NCBI GenBank assembly: GCA_028023455.1
Contig: JAQFVV010000004.1
Coordinates: 17,360,001 to 17,424,000, forward strand
DNA: 64,000 nucleotides
Direction of reading: 5' to 3'
Origin: Epiperipatus broadwayi
Taxonomy: Eukaryota; Animalia; Onychophora
The notes beneath the pieces are model-generated. The model saw nothing but the letters and a program-made list of their open reading frames with translations, made no database searches and was not told where the DNA came from. The number at the start of each line of letters is the position of its first letter. Position 1 is the first letter of the stretch. A program made the translations under genes and the position numbers. Positions 24,941 to 38,665 of the stretch are shown here, in pieces.

Positions 24941-26675
24941 TGTCTCAGAGTCCAGCATATTTACTTAACACATGAAATAACTCTACAATAATTTACTGGT
25001 TAGGCAGTGATAAGAGAGTAAGAGAAAATAGACAAAATAACAATTAAGGCAAACATTAATATTTAGTTATTTACACACACATTGTTAATATAATATAAAA
25101 TAACACAATAAATTTTACATAGGAAAAATATAAATGACTTTAGGCTATAGTTGTAATAGTCTGTTAATTAAAGTTTATTCATTTAAAATAAAGAATCTAG
25201 ACTGTGACCAGAATATATTTTAAAATATCTTTATCTAGGTTTTCATGATTGTCAGTTTCCAATCAGTTGGTTTTTTGGTCTCCATCGATGGTTCCATGGC
25301 TTGTTTTACATTCTTTATGTTGACAATGGGAGAGAGAGTTTGCAGCAGCATTTATTTACAATTTAGGCATTGTTCTGGGTGTTGGTTTAGGTGAAGTTCA
25401 GTTGATGGGGTTTTTGGAGGCCTGAAGTCCAGTTAAATATCCTAAAGTTATCCAGAAATGCAAGATGCTAGATCTGTGGCTTTTGCATGGATGTTGACTG
25501 CAGCAGTAATTGACTGGCTTACTATTGTGTTTATAGTTCCCGAATATCTGGATCTCTAATTGTATGGATTCTGCATTCTGTCCGAACTGAATAATAATAA
25601 TCTGAACTGATGAATGAACTAGCAAATTGTAGCCCGGCTGTATGTCATAAACCAGACTGAATAATAATAGAGAGAGTGATGTTATATACTTTTTTCTCTC
25701 CTATTATTTTAATTTTTTATCATTATTTTTTAATTTAGATCTTAACTTGAGATGTCATTTATTTATATTTCTGGTTATCTTAATCCCTTGCTCAGATTCA
25801 CCTAGACAATCTTGATAAGATAGTTTATAGTTTTTTTAATTAATACAAATATTGATTTTTATTTTGTTATCAATCTGAAATCATATAAACTAATTACATA
25901 ACAAAATTTTTACAAACATTTTATTTTTACTGACTAATTTTTAGTCTGATTTCACATTTGCTAATTTTATACATTATAAAAGGAGTTTTCTTTACAAAGA
26001 GAGGGGGAGAAAAAAAGTTTTTAAATCTATTTTCTAATTCTATTTAAAAGTTATCCCCCCTTCCTGCCAAGAAGTTTTATTTTAAAGAAAAATACAACGC
26101 AGTACTTTTAATTTTTGCAAAATTTCATTTTTAAAAATTTTAAAACTAATCATAATAATTTTTTATTTAAAAAAATTATGAAACATGTAACACTGAATAG
26201 CAGTACAATATATACTTTGCGGAATACAAACACAATCCATATTTCTTATTTTCCAAGTCACCTATTCTATATTTGACTTTATACTTTCTCTCCTACTCTC
26301 CAAACCCTTTTGCATAGAAAGATAAAATCTTTACTTTCTTTCAAAAATGATCGATCGATAATCATGTGTTTTCCAGCCTTAGGTCTCCAAAACATTATCC
26401 TTTTTCTCAAAATAACTCACTGTTCTTAAATTTAAAAAAATCTTTAGTAGCAAACTCACTAAAAAAACTAACTAATCTTATGTACAACTTAGTTATAGAA
26501 TATCCTTACATTAACACACATTCAACAAATTTTTTTTTTAAAACTTCTATATTTAAAATGGTGAGTGAAACACTTTTTTTTTAACAATTCCCGATCTTTC
26601 CAAATTCAAATAAGTCTATATTTCTTGATCACAATTTACTCCTCACTTTCATGCCACAAGCAAACAGTCTCTATA

Positions 26676-27940
26676 GATGATGTGATGCACTCTGACTTCT
26701 CCTTATATGAAGTCAGAAATCTCTCAACAACAATGCCAGAGAAACCTGTTAGCCACTTTACCTTCCCTTTCCATTCCCCACCCTAAGTTTTCCCATAATC
26801 TTCTCTATCCCATTTCCACAACATAATCTTTGTCAAGTCCATGGCCTTCATATCTAAACACCCCCTTATCTTTTCCTAAACCCAGCCTAAAAACCAATAA
26901 CCCACTTTCTGTATAATCACTTTGTTTATACCTTTCTTCCATAACTTCATTATTTGTACCCTTTCTGCTTTCAAGTATTTACATTGAATTAACAGATGCC
27001 TAATATTTTTTATGCCTTCCTTACATAACTTGCAGACCATATCACCCACATTTTTCCATTTATGTGTATATTCTCTTGTTGCTAAAGATCCCATTCGAGT
27101 TTTAAACAGTAAACTACTTACCTTGCTATTATTATAAATTCACTCGCACCCAATATTCCGTTTACTTCTATATATATTTAAACTCTTTTTACTTTCCATA
27201 CTAGTTCTCCATCTCTCAACTCCCTATTCTTTATTAATGCATCTATTCTATCCCATTCCTTACCATTATAACACTCAACAATCCTCCTAACACAAACATC
27301 CCATCTTTTGTACAAGTATACTGATGTAAATTCTTTATCCAAATCTTCTGCTTACCACATTGCCTTTCTCACCCATCTTGCCCTTTACTCATATCCCAAT
27401 TAAATACTATTTTGGCCATTCTTTTATTATCCATAACTGCAATCTATTGAGCATTTTCATTTTTCTTTTTGAATTTCTCATATAAATACTTGACCATCCC
27501 ATTTCTCCTTGAATTGCCTCCTTTGCTGTCCACACATCTGCATCTAATGCACATCTTCCTACTTCCTTTTATAGTTTTCCTAAATAGTCTAAGATCCCTT
27601 TACTAACACATAACACATCATTGTCATCTGTTAACCCTGCTGCTACAACTCCCTTTCATACAATTCTATCTACATCATACTTATTATATGAAAACACTGT
27701 TAATTTCTTTATCAATCCCTTTCTTTTATTTGTTTCATTTATCAATTTTTTCTCCTATTCATCCAAGCAATTTTTCTGATTACTTAATACGATTCCCAAA
27801 TAATTATATCTATTCACCACATTTAACTTTATATCCCCCAATAAAAAATCTTCATCGTCTCTTTCCTCAGTATTTACCATCATTATATTGGATTTTTCTT
27901 CACTAATTATATTTTCAATAGTAATCTGGTGATTCCCCAT
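26676..27940 (-). mobile_element. 5'-truncated RTEX-like LINE, copy 3, with intact 3' stem-loop and (CATCA)n tail
   Basis: ORFs 26876-27094 and 27755-27940 match copy 1. Tail GATGATGTGATG at 26676-26687. Confidence 0.9.
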
Positions 27941-28214
27941 AGAATTTATGAAAATCTGAATACATCTTCTAAATGATTATTGAAATCAATTTAAATATGC
28001 TGTCCTTTATATTGTGCCATTTTGAGCAGTTGATTGTTTGGCCTGGTCTTAAAGTTGACATTGATAACTATAACTATTCATCAATTACTATTCCAAGAGA
28101 AAAATATATTTATAATTTTCAAAAATGTAGAAGTTTTAGTATAACAATATTATATTTTATATAAAGTAGCTAACAATACTAATATTGGTGCTATTATCTG
28201 AAGTGTTAATATCT

Positions 28215-28345
28215 TTTATTTTATTTATTACTTTTACAATGCTTCATATAATTATAACCCACTATTGATGGTTTCAGTTTCTCCAGCAATCTTTTTCAGA
28301 ACTATAACAAACACAATACAAATACATGACTACAAATATATATAA
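28215..28345 (-). repeat. Family E repeat with decayed HHR motif (paralog at 45030-45165, +)
   Basis: Reverse complement reads GTTATAGTT-CTGAAAA-AGATTGC-TGGA-GAAACT-GAAAC-CATCAATAGTG-GGTTA. Flanks align with 45030-45165. Confidence 0.6.
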
Positions 28346-28429
28346 ACATATAATTTTATATTTTATTTATATACTCTATCTTATAAGCAATATTCATATA
28401 CCCACATATATCTTTATATACCTCTCTAT

Positions 28430-29992
28430 TGTAACAATATGTACATACTTGTGTTGCACAAGTGTGTATGTGTGTATGAGTTACATAATTCACTTGTAAT
28501 TTTTTTATTAAAAAAATATATAAATTTAAAGTAATCATAATTTAATAGTTAAAAAAAATAGAGGAAAAATTTGGAGATAAGTTGGAAATTGTAACTTGTC
28601 TTTCTTTTGTGCATTATTATCTGTCAAAAATATTCTTTAAGAAAAAAGTGTTTTTAATTAAATAATAAAAATGATTTCTTATGATCAATTAAATAGTTTG
28701 TACAAAAATAATCAGGTTCTGGTGATTAAAATTCCAGACTGATTAGTACAAATAATTCTAATTTCTGTAATTAAAATTAAAAAAACAGAAAATAAAGAAA
28801 TGTAAATTATAATTAAATTTTTTTAAGAGATAAGATGTATTGATAACAGGGTAAAAACTCGAGCAAAGGTGGGGCAGAATAATATAAAAGGCACACATTC
28901 CCTATTGTCTTCAGTTGAGTTCAGTTGTTAAGTTTGCATTAAGTTCAGAGACTTCAGTTAAAGACAGATTAAAAAGAATGATTGGCTAGAACCGAACGTT
29001 GTGTTCGGTCGTTTCTCCGCTCTTCTCCCGTGTGCCATTTAGCAAAATTCCATAATAAATTATCCTGACCCACCTTCTGCTGAAGTTTCAACCTGCCCTA
29101 CTAAATTAAGTGAAAATTATGTAAACCAGGCCACCAAGAGATCACAAGAAGCTGTCTTTCAGTTAGAAATACCAATGCCAGGACCAAGAAACTAACCAGA
29201 TCTGAGGACAAAAGGGGTGATCACCCAACTACAACTACAAAAAAATCCAAGAAGTATGATACCTACTATGGAAATCAAAAACTATTGAAAACACCTATCA
29301 AAGACAATATAGAAATGACAACTAAAGTCCAAAAGCAGCGCTATAAATCCTAGGTAAATATTTAGTGATATCAGGATTAAAACTTTTAAATCTTACTCGT
29401 TATCATAAGCATGCAAAATTTGTTAAATGTATAATATTTCTTATGTGTTTACATTTTAATTATATCTTATTATTATTAATTTCATAACTATCATTTATTT
29501 TTTTTAAAATAAATTTTGTTTAAATTATTAATGTCATTTTTCCATTCTCTCCATTCATAAGCAAATGTGTAGCTGGTCTCATGTAAAGAACTAACCATGG
29601 GTCAAGCACTTGACACATGTTAGTGACATCTCATGGGTTTTAATCTAAGAATTGGATGGCACCCTGGGTTTTTAAAGCCATTATAAATTTCCCATGGGAT
29701 GTTTCACGTTTTATGCAGCCAGGGAGCTTACTTTGGTCTGGAAAGATGACTGTCAGTTTAATATTTTATGAAATCGCAGTCTGACCGGGGATATGATTGA
29801 TATGTAAGTAGTAATCATATTTACTCTTCTGCTTGAGTAACAGGTTTTTAAAAAGGTATTTTTTTGCAAAATAATATGATTTTATAAAATTAGAATATTT
29901 AGTTAGAAATTTTTTAAAAATTAAAAAGTTCAAGTTGTAAAAGTTTTAAAAAGTCTAAAAGTTTAATTAAGGAGTTCCAAATTTACATTACA
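28430..29992 (+). repeat. 5' LTR
   Basis: Collinear with 32251-33813; TATA-like TATAAAA at ~28884. Confidence 0.9.
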
Positions 29993-32250
29993 AATGTCAT
30001 CCAACATGAGAGCACGAACATACGTTCAAATTTAAAAAAGAGAGAAAAATACGTAATAACTAAATATATTAAAAAAGTTTGGCTCACATAAATAAAAATA
30101 TATAATTAAATTGAAAGAATTTATGGGAGATGAAAGACAACAAATGGCACTGATAATTATTCTATGTTATAAAAGAAAAATAAGTGGATTTAGTTAATGA
30201 AATAATATAGTTGTATTAATGACACATTATAGTGGATATTAAAAAGAAAAAAAATGTACATTATAGATATAGGAAAATAGGTGTGGATAGGCATTGATTG
30301 GCATTAGGCAGGAATTGGCATGCAAAGTGGTATTAGGGAAAATGTAGTGGTAAATGTTGATCAAACACTCATGTTTGATTATAAATGAAATAAAAGTAAT
30401 AAATAATTAGTAAACTTATTAAAGTGAATAAAATATAGTATTAAAAAAAATGATATAGAAAGTGTTTAAAATTATAAATGATAAGAAATGAAGCCGAAAT
30501 GGAGGTTCACAGTAAAAATATAGAAAATATTCCCAACAAGGAAAAAGGGAAATCATAGCTTTATTAACCAGCATGCTTGAAAAACAAAAAGAAGCAGCTG
30601 AAGAATATAAAAAAATAGCAAAAGAACTTAAAAACCAATATAATGAAACAAACAGTAAAATTGCAAGTGCAGACTGAAATGTTTGAAGAAATTAAAGACC
30701 AGGTCATAATGTGCCATAATAAAATAAAAGAAGAAATTAGGGAAGAAATACACGAGATTAAAACACAAATAGAGAATGCTTATAAAGTGATACTACAAAC
30801 AAATAAAATAGAACATGAAGTAACGATAGAGTTAATGAGAGAGGCAGTAGAGGAAACCAAAATAGAAAATAGCAAAGTAATTCAGGATATAAAAGTCGAA
30901 ATTACTAATTTAACATTAAAAATAAACATTAGTAAAAATAGTCTGCAAACTGAACTAAAAAAGCCTGACTAGTTGTGTGCAAATACACACGTTACAAATA
31001 ATCCCGCAAGTCATCCTCAGAAATACATTTATAAAAAAATTTCAGATGATTATAATGCATCAATATGACAGCAATGCCTTTGTGATAGCCAAAGATAATA
31101 TAGAAAAAGGAATGTTTAACACCAGGTCACTAAAATTAATTGGAGGGCCAAATAATAAAAAACCACCAGACAAAAATTAAAAATATGTAATTTGATGGAT
31201 TTGCCGGCTTGACCTACTTAATAATGACTGTGGACTTGGAATAATGGAAAATGTTTAACAGTCTAATGAAATAAAAATAAAATGATAAAGAAAAATAACC
31301 TATAGTTTTAAAAAAAAAAAGATGTAAAAACGAATATCAAAGTTAGTTTTAATAATGAAAAATGAAATAACAAAAAAAAAAGGATACAGAAATAAATTCT
31401 TAAAGAACTTAGTGTGAAAATATTAAATCAAGTTATGTCAAAACCCATGATTATGTCTTATTGATTATTGAGATATTCAGCTCATAAGTCTAGAATATAG
31501 CGGAGCGTGACGCAAACAAAACAAATGTGTAAAATCAAAATAAACAAGTAAAATAAAAATATTTCTTTAAAAATAAAATATAAAAAAAAGAGTAAAAAGA
31601 ATGCTTTAAAAATAAAAATGAAATAAATAAGTGTATGATGAAATACTAATGAAAATAAATCATTATCAAATAAAATAAAATAAAATAAAAAAAATGTATT
31701 AAATTAGGATTGAGGTGTGTGCGAGTATTTGGGCACAGATATAAAATTCAGGCCTGATTTTACGTTGGATTAACCTTTTCTTGCAGTGACTTTGATCTAC
31801 AGATGGGTAGTGTGAAGAATAAATAATATTGATGATGTGCCAGTAGTGTCCTGGAATATAATAAATAATAAATCTGGAAGAAAAATGCCCAGTATCCAAT
31901 TAAAATAAATATTTTCGTAAGTCGAATGTGCAGTAGAGGTAGTCCTGCCATTTGCAATCTTCAAGTCCCTGTTTGTAATCCATTGTGCACAACAGTTTCC
32001 CATGCTGTAGTCATGACTTCTGCAAGAAATTAAAAGTTGGTTTAATCAGCACAAAGTCGATCTGTGTGTTGAATTGCCTAATACTTTGCTGTCGGCTTCT
32101 CTTAACATTACATTTATTACCTAATGATAAAAATAAAAACAAAAATGCACTCTAGAAAAATAATGTTATTAAAAATAAGAATTTAAAGTGGTCAATACTT
32201 AGGAAAAAAGTGATCAACACACTTAAAATTCTCAATTGGGAGGGGTGTGA

Positions 32251-33813
32251 TGTAACAGTATGTATATACACACATTGTACATGTGTGCGTGTATATATGA
32301 GTTACATAATTAACTTGTAGTTTTTTTTATTAAAAAAATATATATAAATAATCATAATTCAATAGTTAAAAAATAAAGTAGAGGAAAGATTTGGAGATAA
32401 GTTGGTTATTGGTAATTGTAACTAGTCTTTCTTTTGTGCATTATTATCTGTCAAAAATATTCTTTAAGAAAAAAGTGTTTTTAATTAAAATAATCAAAAG
32501 GGTTTCTTACGATCAATTAAATAGTTTGTACAAACATAATCAGGTTCTGGAGATTAAAATTCCAGACTGATTAGTTCAACTAATTCTAATCTCTGTAATT
32601 AAAATTAAAAAACAGAAAATAAAAAATGTAAATTATAATTAAATTTTTTAAGAGATAAGATGAGGGTAAAAACTTGAGCAAAGGTGGGATCAGTAATATA
32701 AAAGGCACACATTCTCTATTGTCTTCAGTTGAGTTCAATTGTTAAGTTAAGTTTGAATTAAGTTCAGATAGTTCAGTTAAAGACAGATTAAAAAGAATGA
32801 TTGGTTAGAACCAAACGTTGTATTCAGTCATTTCCTCCACTCTTCTCCCATGTGCCATTTAGCAAAATTCCATAATAAATTACCCTGACTCACCTTCTGC
32901 TGAAGTTTCAACCCACCCTACTAAATTAAGTGAAAATTATGTAAACCATGCCACTAAGAACAAGGGATCACAAGAAGCTGTCTTTCAGTTAGAAATGCCA
33001 AGACTAAGAAACTAACTAGATCCGAAGACAAAAGGAGTGATCACCCAACTACAACTACAAAAAAAATCCAAGAACTATGATACCTACCATGAAAATCAAA
33101 AACTATTTAAATCACCTATCAAAGACAATGTTGAAATGACAACTAAAGTCCAAAAGCAGCGCTATAAATCCTAGGTAAATATTTAGTGATATCAGGATTA
33201 AAACTTTTAAACATACTCGTTATCATAAGCATGCAAAATTTGTTAAATGTATAATATTTCTTATGTGTTTACATTTTAATTATATCTTATTAATATTACA
33301 TTAATAATTATTATTTATTTTTGTTAAAATAAATTTTGTTTAAATTATTAGTTGTCGTTTTCCCCATTTCTCTCTATTCATAAGCAAATGTGTAGCTGGT
33401 CTCATGTAAAGAACTAGCCATGAGTCAAGTGCTTGAAACATGTTAGTGACATTTCATGGGTTCCAATCTAAGTATTGGATGGTGCCCTGGGTTTTAAACC
33501 CATTATAAATTTCACCATGGGATGTTTCATGTTTCATGCAGCCAGGGAGCTTACTTCAGTCTGGAAAGATGACTGTCAGTTTAATATTTTATGAAATCGC
33601 AGTCTGACCGGGGATATGATTGTTATGTAAGTAGTAATCATATTTACTCTCCTGCTTCAGTAACAGGGTTTTAAAAAGGTCTTTCTTGCAAAATAATATG
33701 ATTTTATAAAATTAGAATAAGTAGTTAGAAAGTTTTTAAAAATTAAAAAGTTCAAGTTGTAAAAATTTTAAAAAGTCAAAAAAAAAAAGTTTAAGATCTT
33801 AATTCCTGTTACA
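32251..33813 (+). repeat. 3' LTR
   Basis: Collinear with 28430-29992. Confidence 0.9.
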
Positions 33814-34374
33814 CTATATAAATATTATCTCTTTACATATAACACATTTTAACATTTTATATTTATCAATCAATACTTCTTATAATCATATATATTGTAA
33901 CCGGACAAAAACCAACCCCATTCTTCATTGGTTTTATTTCCTGATGAGCATATTAAAGGAAGGAACTATCAATTGGCATTCCCAATGCAGATGACACCCC
34001 ACCTACAACAATATTTCCTGCTCGTCAGAGGATGTAGTGCCATAGAGACTGAAAGCATCTAGAAATTTATGTGTTTGGTTTCCCAAACAGTGCCACTAGA
34101 GTTCCATCTCACTACAACCTTACTTACCATCATCTGGTTATGCTGAACATAGTTCAGGAGGCATGAGATTCTTGTGAACAGAATGCAATGAATGATTAGC
34201 GATGCAAAATGGAACTGAACAACTAAAATTAATTTTTAATAACAACACTTTTATTAACAATAATTATTGATAAGTCCTTCCAATAGAGTTCATCATTTGT
34301 ATCAAATGAAAGCTCATTTCAGTTAATTTTGTGTGAAGAAGTCAAAAAGCTTTTTTATCAAGTATACTTATACA

Positions 34375-34800
34375 TAGGTTTTATCACTATATTCAGATGT
34401 GATTTATTCAGGTAAGCATTTATACATTTATAAATCATCATTGTTTAATTATTCTGATATATAGCACTTCTAGGTTTATATATATTTATTACTCAGTCAA
34501 ACATAGAGGTATATTTTCACATCAATTTTATCATTTTATCCAAATGTGTACTATTCAGGTAAGCATTTAAACATTTATAAATCATCATCATTTAATTATT
34601 CTGATATATATCCCTTCCAGATCTATAGATATTTATTATTCAGTCAAACATAGACATAGGTCTTATCACTATATTCAGATGTGGATTATTCAGGTAAGCA
34701 TTTAAACATTTATAAATCATCATCATTTAATTATTGTAATATATAACAATTTCATGTTTTTAGATAATTATTATTCAATCAAACATGGATGTATATTTTT
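34375..34800. repeat. Three diverged tandem units of ~135-147 bp
   Basis: TTCAGGTAAGCATT recurs at 34407, 34554 and 34689 with conserved flanks. Confidence 0.85.
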
Positions 34801-35758
34801 ACACATAAGTTTTTTATTAGCCATTCCATATTTGTAGAATATTTATAATTTTGAACATATAACGCAATTAATGTTTTCATATTATTTCATTATTTTTCTA
34901 TTGTTAACGTATTATAGAATTAATAATTGATAGGTGAAACATTATTACTATTATAGAATTAATAATTGAATTATTTTCTAATGCTAACCTTTTAACTAAG
35001 GGCTTCATTTATTGCTTTTTCTAAATAATGGGGGGGGGGGTTGAATTTGAATGGCACTAAAAGCTTGGACAGGCACTGGAGGCTTACTTTTTGGTAGTGG
35101 ATAGAGAGAAAATGGGATAACCACCCATATTATACTAATTTTTCATGGAGCTGCTTGATGGTTCAATTCACTTTTCTAGTAATCTCAAAATTCTTAATAA
35201 AAAATTGTTGTCTTTCATGATTTTCAAGTATAGAATAATAATCTAACAATCAACTCTCTCAAAAATAAAATTGTCTTTTGTTCTGAAATCTCCAACCTAT
35301 TTATATCATTTCTCTCTTTCAGAACAAATTCACCTGATGTGTCTGCTGAATCCAATTGGGTTTTTAGTGTGTTTTCATCCATGGTCATGCCATTAATACC
35401 CAGTTCATTGGACAGTTTTTTTTTGGTGGGAGCAGACTGTTTTTACTTAGCTGGCAAGGTGTTTTCAAATTTTTAATTAATTTTCTCTTGCCTGCAGCAA
35501 TGACTTGACATCTACAGTTATTCTGCTTCACAAATCATTCTTCTGAAATATAGAAGGAGCTGAAAAGCAGTAGAGATTTTTATTTAAATGATTTTGTTTT
35601 TCTTACTTGAGTTTATTAATTTTAATAAAGAAAGATTTATACTTTCTTTAATTGCAAATATAAATGTATTTGCTTTTCTTTTCTTTTTTTTCATTTTAAA
35701 AAAAAATGATTTTCTTTAAAATATTTAAATAAGCATTTATTTTTATTTTATAATTGGT

Positions 35759-36044
35759 AATTACATTCAAATCGGCCTTTCAAGCCAATTGTGCAAACAC
35801 TTTGCGAGTGTTAAATAATCAGACATTGTATATAGTAATTTAAAGTGACTGTTATATTGTCACACCTTCTGTGCCAGTACTTCAGATTTGCTCATATATA
35901 AATATTTGAGTCGTAGGAATAAGAGAATTCTTTTTATTCCTGCATAAATTCTATATCTTGTATTGGTCAGAGGGTATTCATTTATTATTTAACACTCACA
36001 AAACGTTTGCACAATTGGCTTGAAAGGCCGATATGAATGTAATT
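35759..36044. mobile_element. MITE-like element with ~60-bp terminal inverted repeats
   Basis: 35761-35819 is the near-perfect reverse complement of ~35984-36042. AATT lies at both ends. Confidence 0.75.
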
Positions 36045-37149
36045 TAAAATATTTAGTATAATTAGACTTTTTTTTTATTTTTGACATATTGCTAGTTTGA
36101 TTTAAATTTAACTTAGTCATTTTAATTGGGGGGAGGTAAATATATACGTGAAACAGTGTATCTGTTTCAATATATATAATTTATATATATATATTTTAAA
36201 TATTTAACTCTAAAGTCATATATTCGAATTTTTATATTTTACATTATTATTCATTATATTAACATTCTATATTGTATCGGTTCATCCTAACCTTGATAGA
36301 TTGACATGCACACATACTGAACATGAAAAATATGGTGGTACACCAGGATAAGGAGCAATGCCTATTTAATGATGGAGTATGTCCACAATTCATTTAATTG
36401 GATTGTTATAAAAAGGAAATCATTCAAGCAGATCAATTAAAAACCCTTTTATGATCAAAATCACATGGTCATAGGAACGGATATTAAAGTATTGGCTTCC
36501 ACATACCTTTGAAAGATTGAATTTAAGTACAACCCCTCATGGCATTCCCAGATTGTGAAAACACAAAAAGAAATTCCCTCCTGAAAGGATATGCAAGACC
36601 AATGATTACATAAAATGAAAAAACTAATAAGAATAAATGTCTTAATGACCAAAGACTTACATATCGATAAATTAGTATCTCATATGCTTAGCTTAGTGTT
36701 CTCTTTACCTCAGTTAAAGAAGTGTGGATCAACAACTCGCTTAATTACCTGATTCATTGTGTTGTTAGAGAAAACGAACAAACAAAATATCAAAAGCAGT
36801 ATTGTAAGCTTTAAAGTCATTAGATAAATATTTATTTATTCTTATAACCCCTCACCACTTACAATTAAACATAGAAAAGAGGAAAAAATATATAAATAAT
36901 ATAATAATCCCAAATGCATAAACATAGTAATATAATAGAGTTCTTTACATAAAAGAATATATATATATGTGTGTGTGTGTGTGAAAATTATACCTAATAT
37001 ACCAATATCAGTATTAAATTAATGAAATAAATGGTACCCTATAAAATCTTGAAGCTTCATCCAGCTCTGGGCTTTTTAAGTAGGCTATTCATCCTTTCAT
37101 CAGGGTGGTGTGGACTTCACTTGAACACAGCATTCATTTGGTGATCTTC

Positions 37150-37680
37150 ATCATCATCTTGCAGTTAGATAGGAGAGCTACATCTTGACAACAGGAGCAG
37201 AGTTGGACAGGTGTGCTGAGTAGGGTTCCTATCCCAAACCACTCCACTGATGGATGTATAAGTGTGCTCTATCTTCAAACATCTGATTTATTCTCAGTTA
37301 CAACAATATTAATAAATTGCTTATTTACACGGACCACTTCGATAACTATAGCTGAAGTCTCCACTTGGCTGTATATGTATACTTCCTTTCTTTCTTTCTT
37401 GTTGCAGGAATTAGATCTTCACCAACTTCTTGTTTGACCCTAGCTTAGATAAACTATATCTCAAGGGGTTGGTGATTGTCTGTTATTTGATGGAAGTTTG
37501 CTATGGCATCACTATATTTCAGCCATACAATTTCCACCCTGGTCACCACAATGGTAGTATTTTTTTTATTTTTCATAGACTCCACAGCGTAATGGTAAGA
37601 TTTGTACATCATGCAACAAAATCCAGAGTATAGATAAAACACACTAAAACTGATCAAATCTAGATGGTGAGACCCAGAGT
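37150..37680 (-). mobile_element. Highly decayed LTR-retrotransposon integrase C-terminal remnant
   Basis: Minus-strand fragments (QPLEI..., AKWRLQL..EVVRVNKQFINIVVTEN) loosely resemble Gypsy integrase tails. Judged by eye only. Confidence 0.35.
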
Positions 37681-38665
37681 TTGACCAACATTCAATCTGT
37701 TCACTCTTACTCCATGATTTAATACCATATGAATGACATTTCCTAAGTTACACATGAGTTCAATTTAATTGTGGGCCAACAGTAGCAAAGGGTGGAGCAA
37801 GAGATTAAAGAATTGGGATAATGGTTAAGTGAACTAACAATATATTAATAACTAAGTCTAATAGAGTGATATCTATATATAAAATGATGTACAAATAAAT
37901 CAATATGGAGTTGGATGCAAATTGATTTATGAGCAATAAAAAATTATATTTTAAATAATAATTTAATTAATAAAATAAAATAAATCATAAATAAAACACA
38001 CAATAACTATATAATTGGTCCATGGAATATTACACTCACAGGCATTACATAGTTAATGAGATTGGTAGTTACATATTCTCTCATTATATATAATTAATAA
38101 AATGATGTGTGGTATTCATGTTTACGACTATATTAATATGTCAAATCCTAACTACTTCGTAGATTGCCAAATCACATGGAACATATTGGCCAAAGTTATA
38201 ACTAAATATACAGTGCTTCTATGGCATCTGAATATATTTAACAGTTAAAGAGGTGAACAGGTAATCAGGCTCAAAGATGTGCAGGTTAGCATGATAATCT
38301 AGATTAGAATTCAGCATAATCATTTAAAATAAAGGAGAGAGAACTGATTTACTCTAGGTTTAATTATACACACTATAGCACATTAAAATATTACTAAAAT
38401 AATTATGGTGTGAGTGGGTCATTATTCACGGGCTTCAGCATCGAATGTTTGATGCCCTAGAAATAAATGACTTGCCCTTTATATCAGAACATTAAAAGTT
38501 ACCATTAAATATCACATGATCACTATCTCGTACTAGCACATAATTATTATTAAACAAGGCAAAACTCTCTTCCTACAGCAGTGCCACCCTGTGCCAATCA
38601 GAGTAATTAATGGATGCCAGAAGGCTTGTGCATAAAATCCCTATCTAGTGCCTACTCATCCAATA

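Larger units (their letters stand above)
28430..33813 (+). mobile_element. Non-autonomous LTR element with 1563-bp LTRs and ~2.26-kb interior
   Basis: LTRs 28430-29992 and 32251-33813 have TGTAA...TTACA termini. 4-bp TSD CTAT at 28426-29 and 33814-17. Decayed PBS-like TGTCATCCAACATGAG at 29995 and PPT GGGAGGGG at 32238-45. Coiled-coil gag-like ORF at 30643-30972. No pol motifs seen. Confidence 0.9.

Noticed and set aside
33896-34260. Possible solo LTR and a CTGACGA-GCAG-GAAAT HHR-like motif on the minus strand
   Set aside because: No second terminus or TSD was found, helix II is too short, and helix I does not pair.
37083-37103. CTGATGA followed by an AGG/CCT stem on the minus strand
   Set aside because: No GAAA box follows, so it is not a hammerhead.
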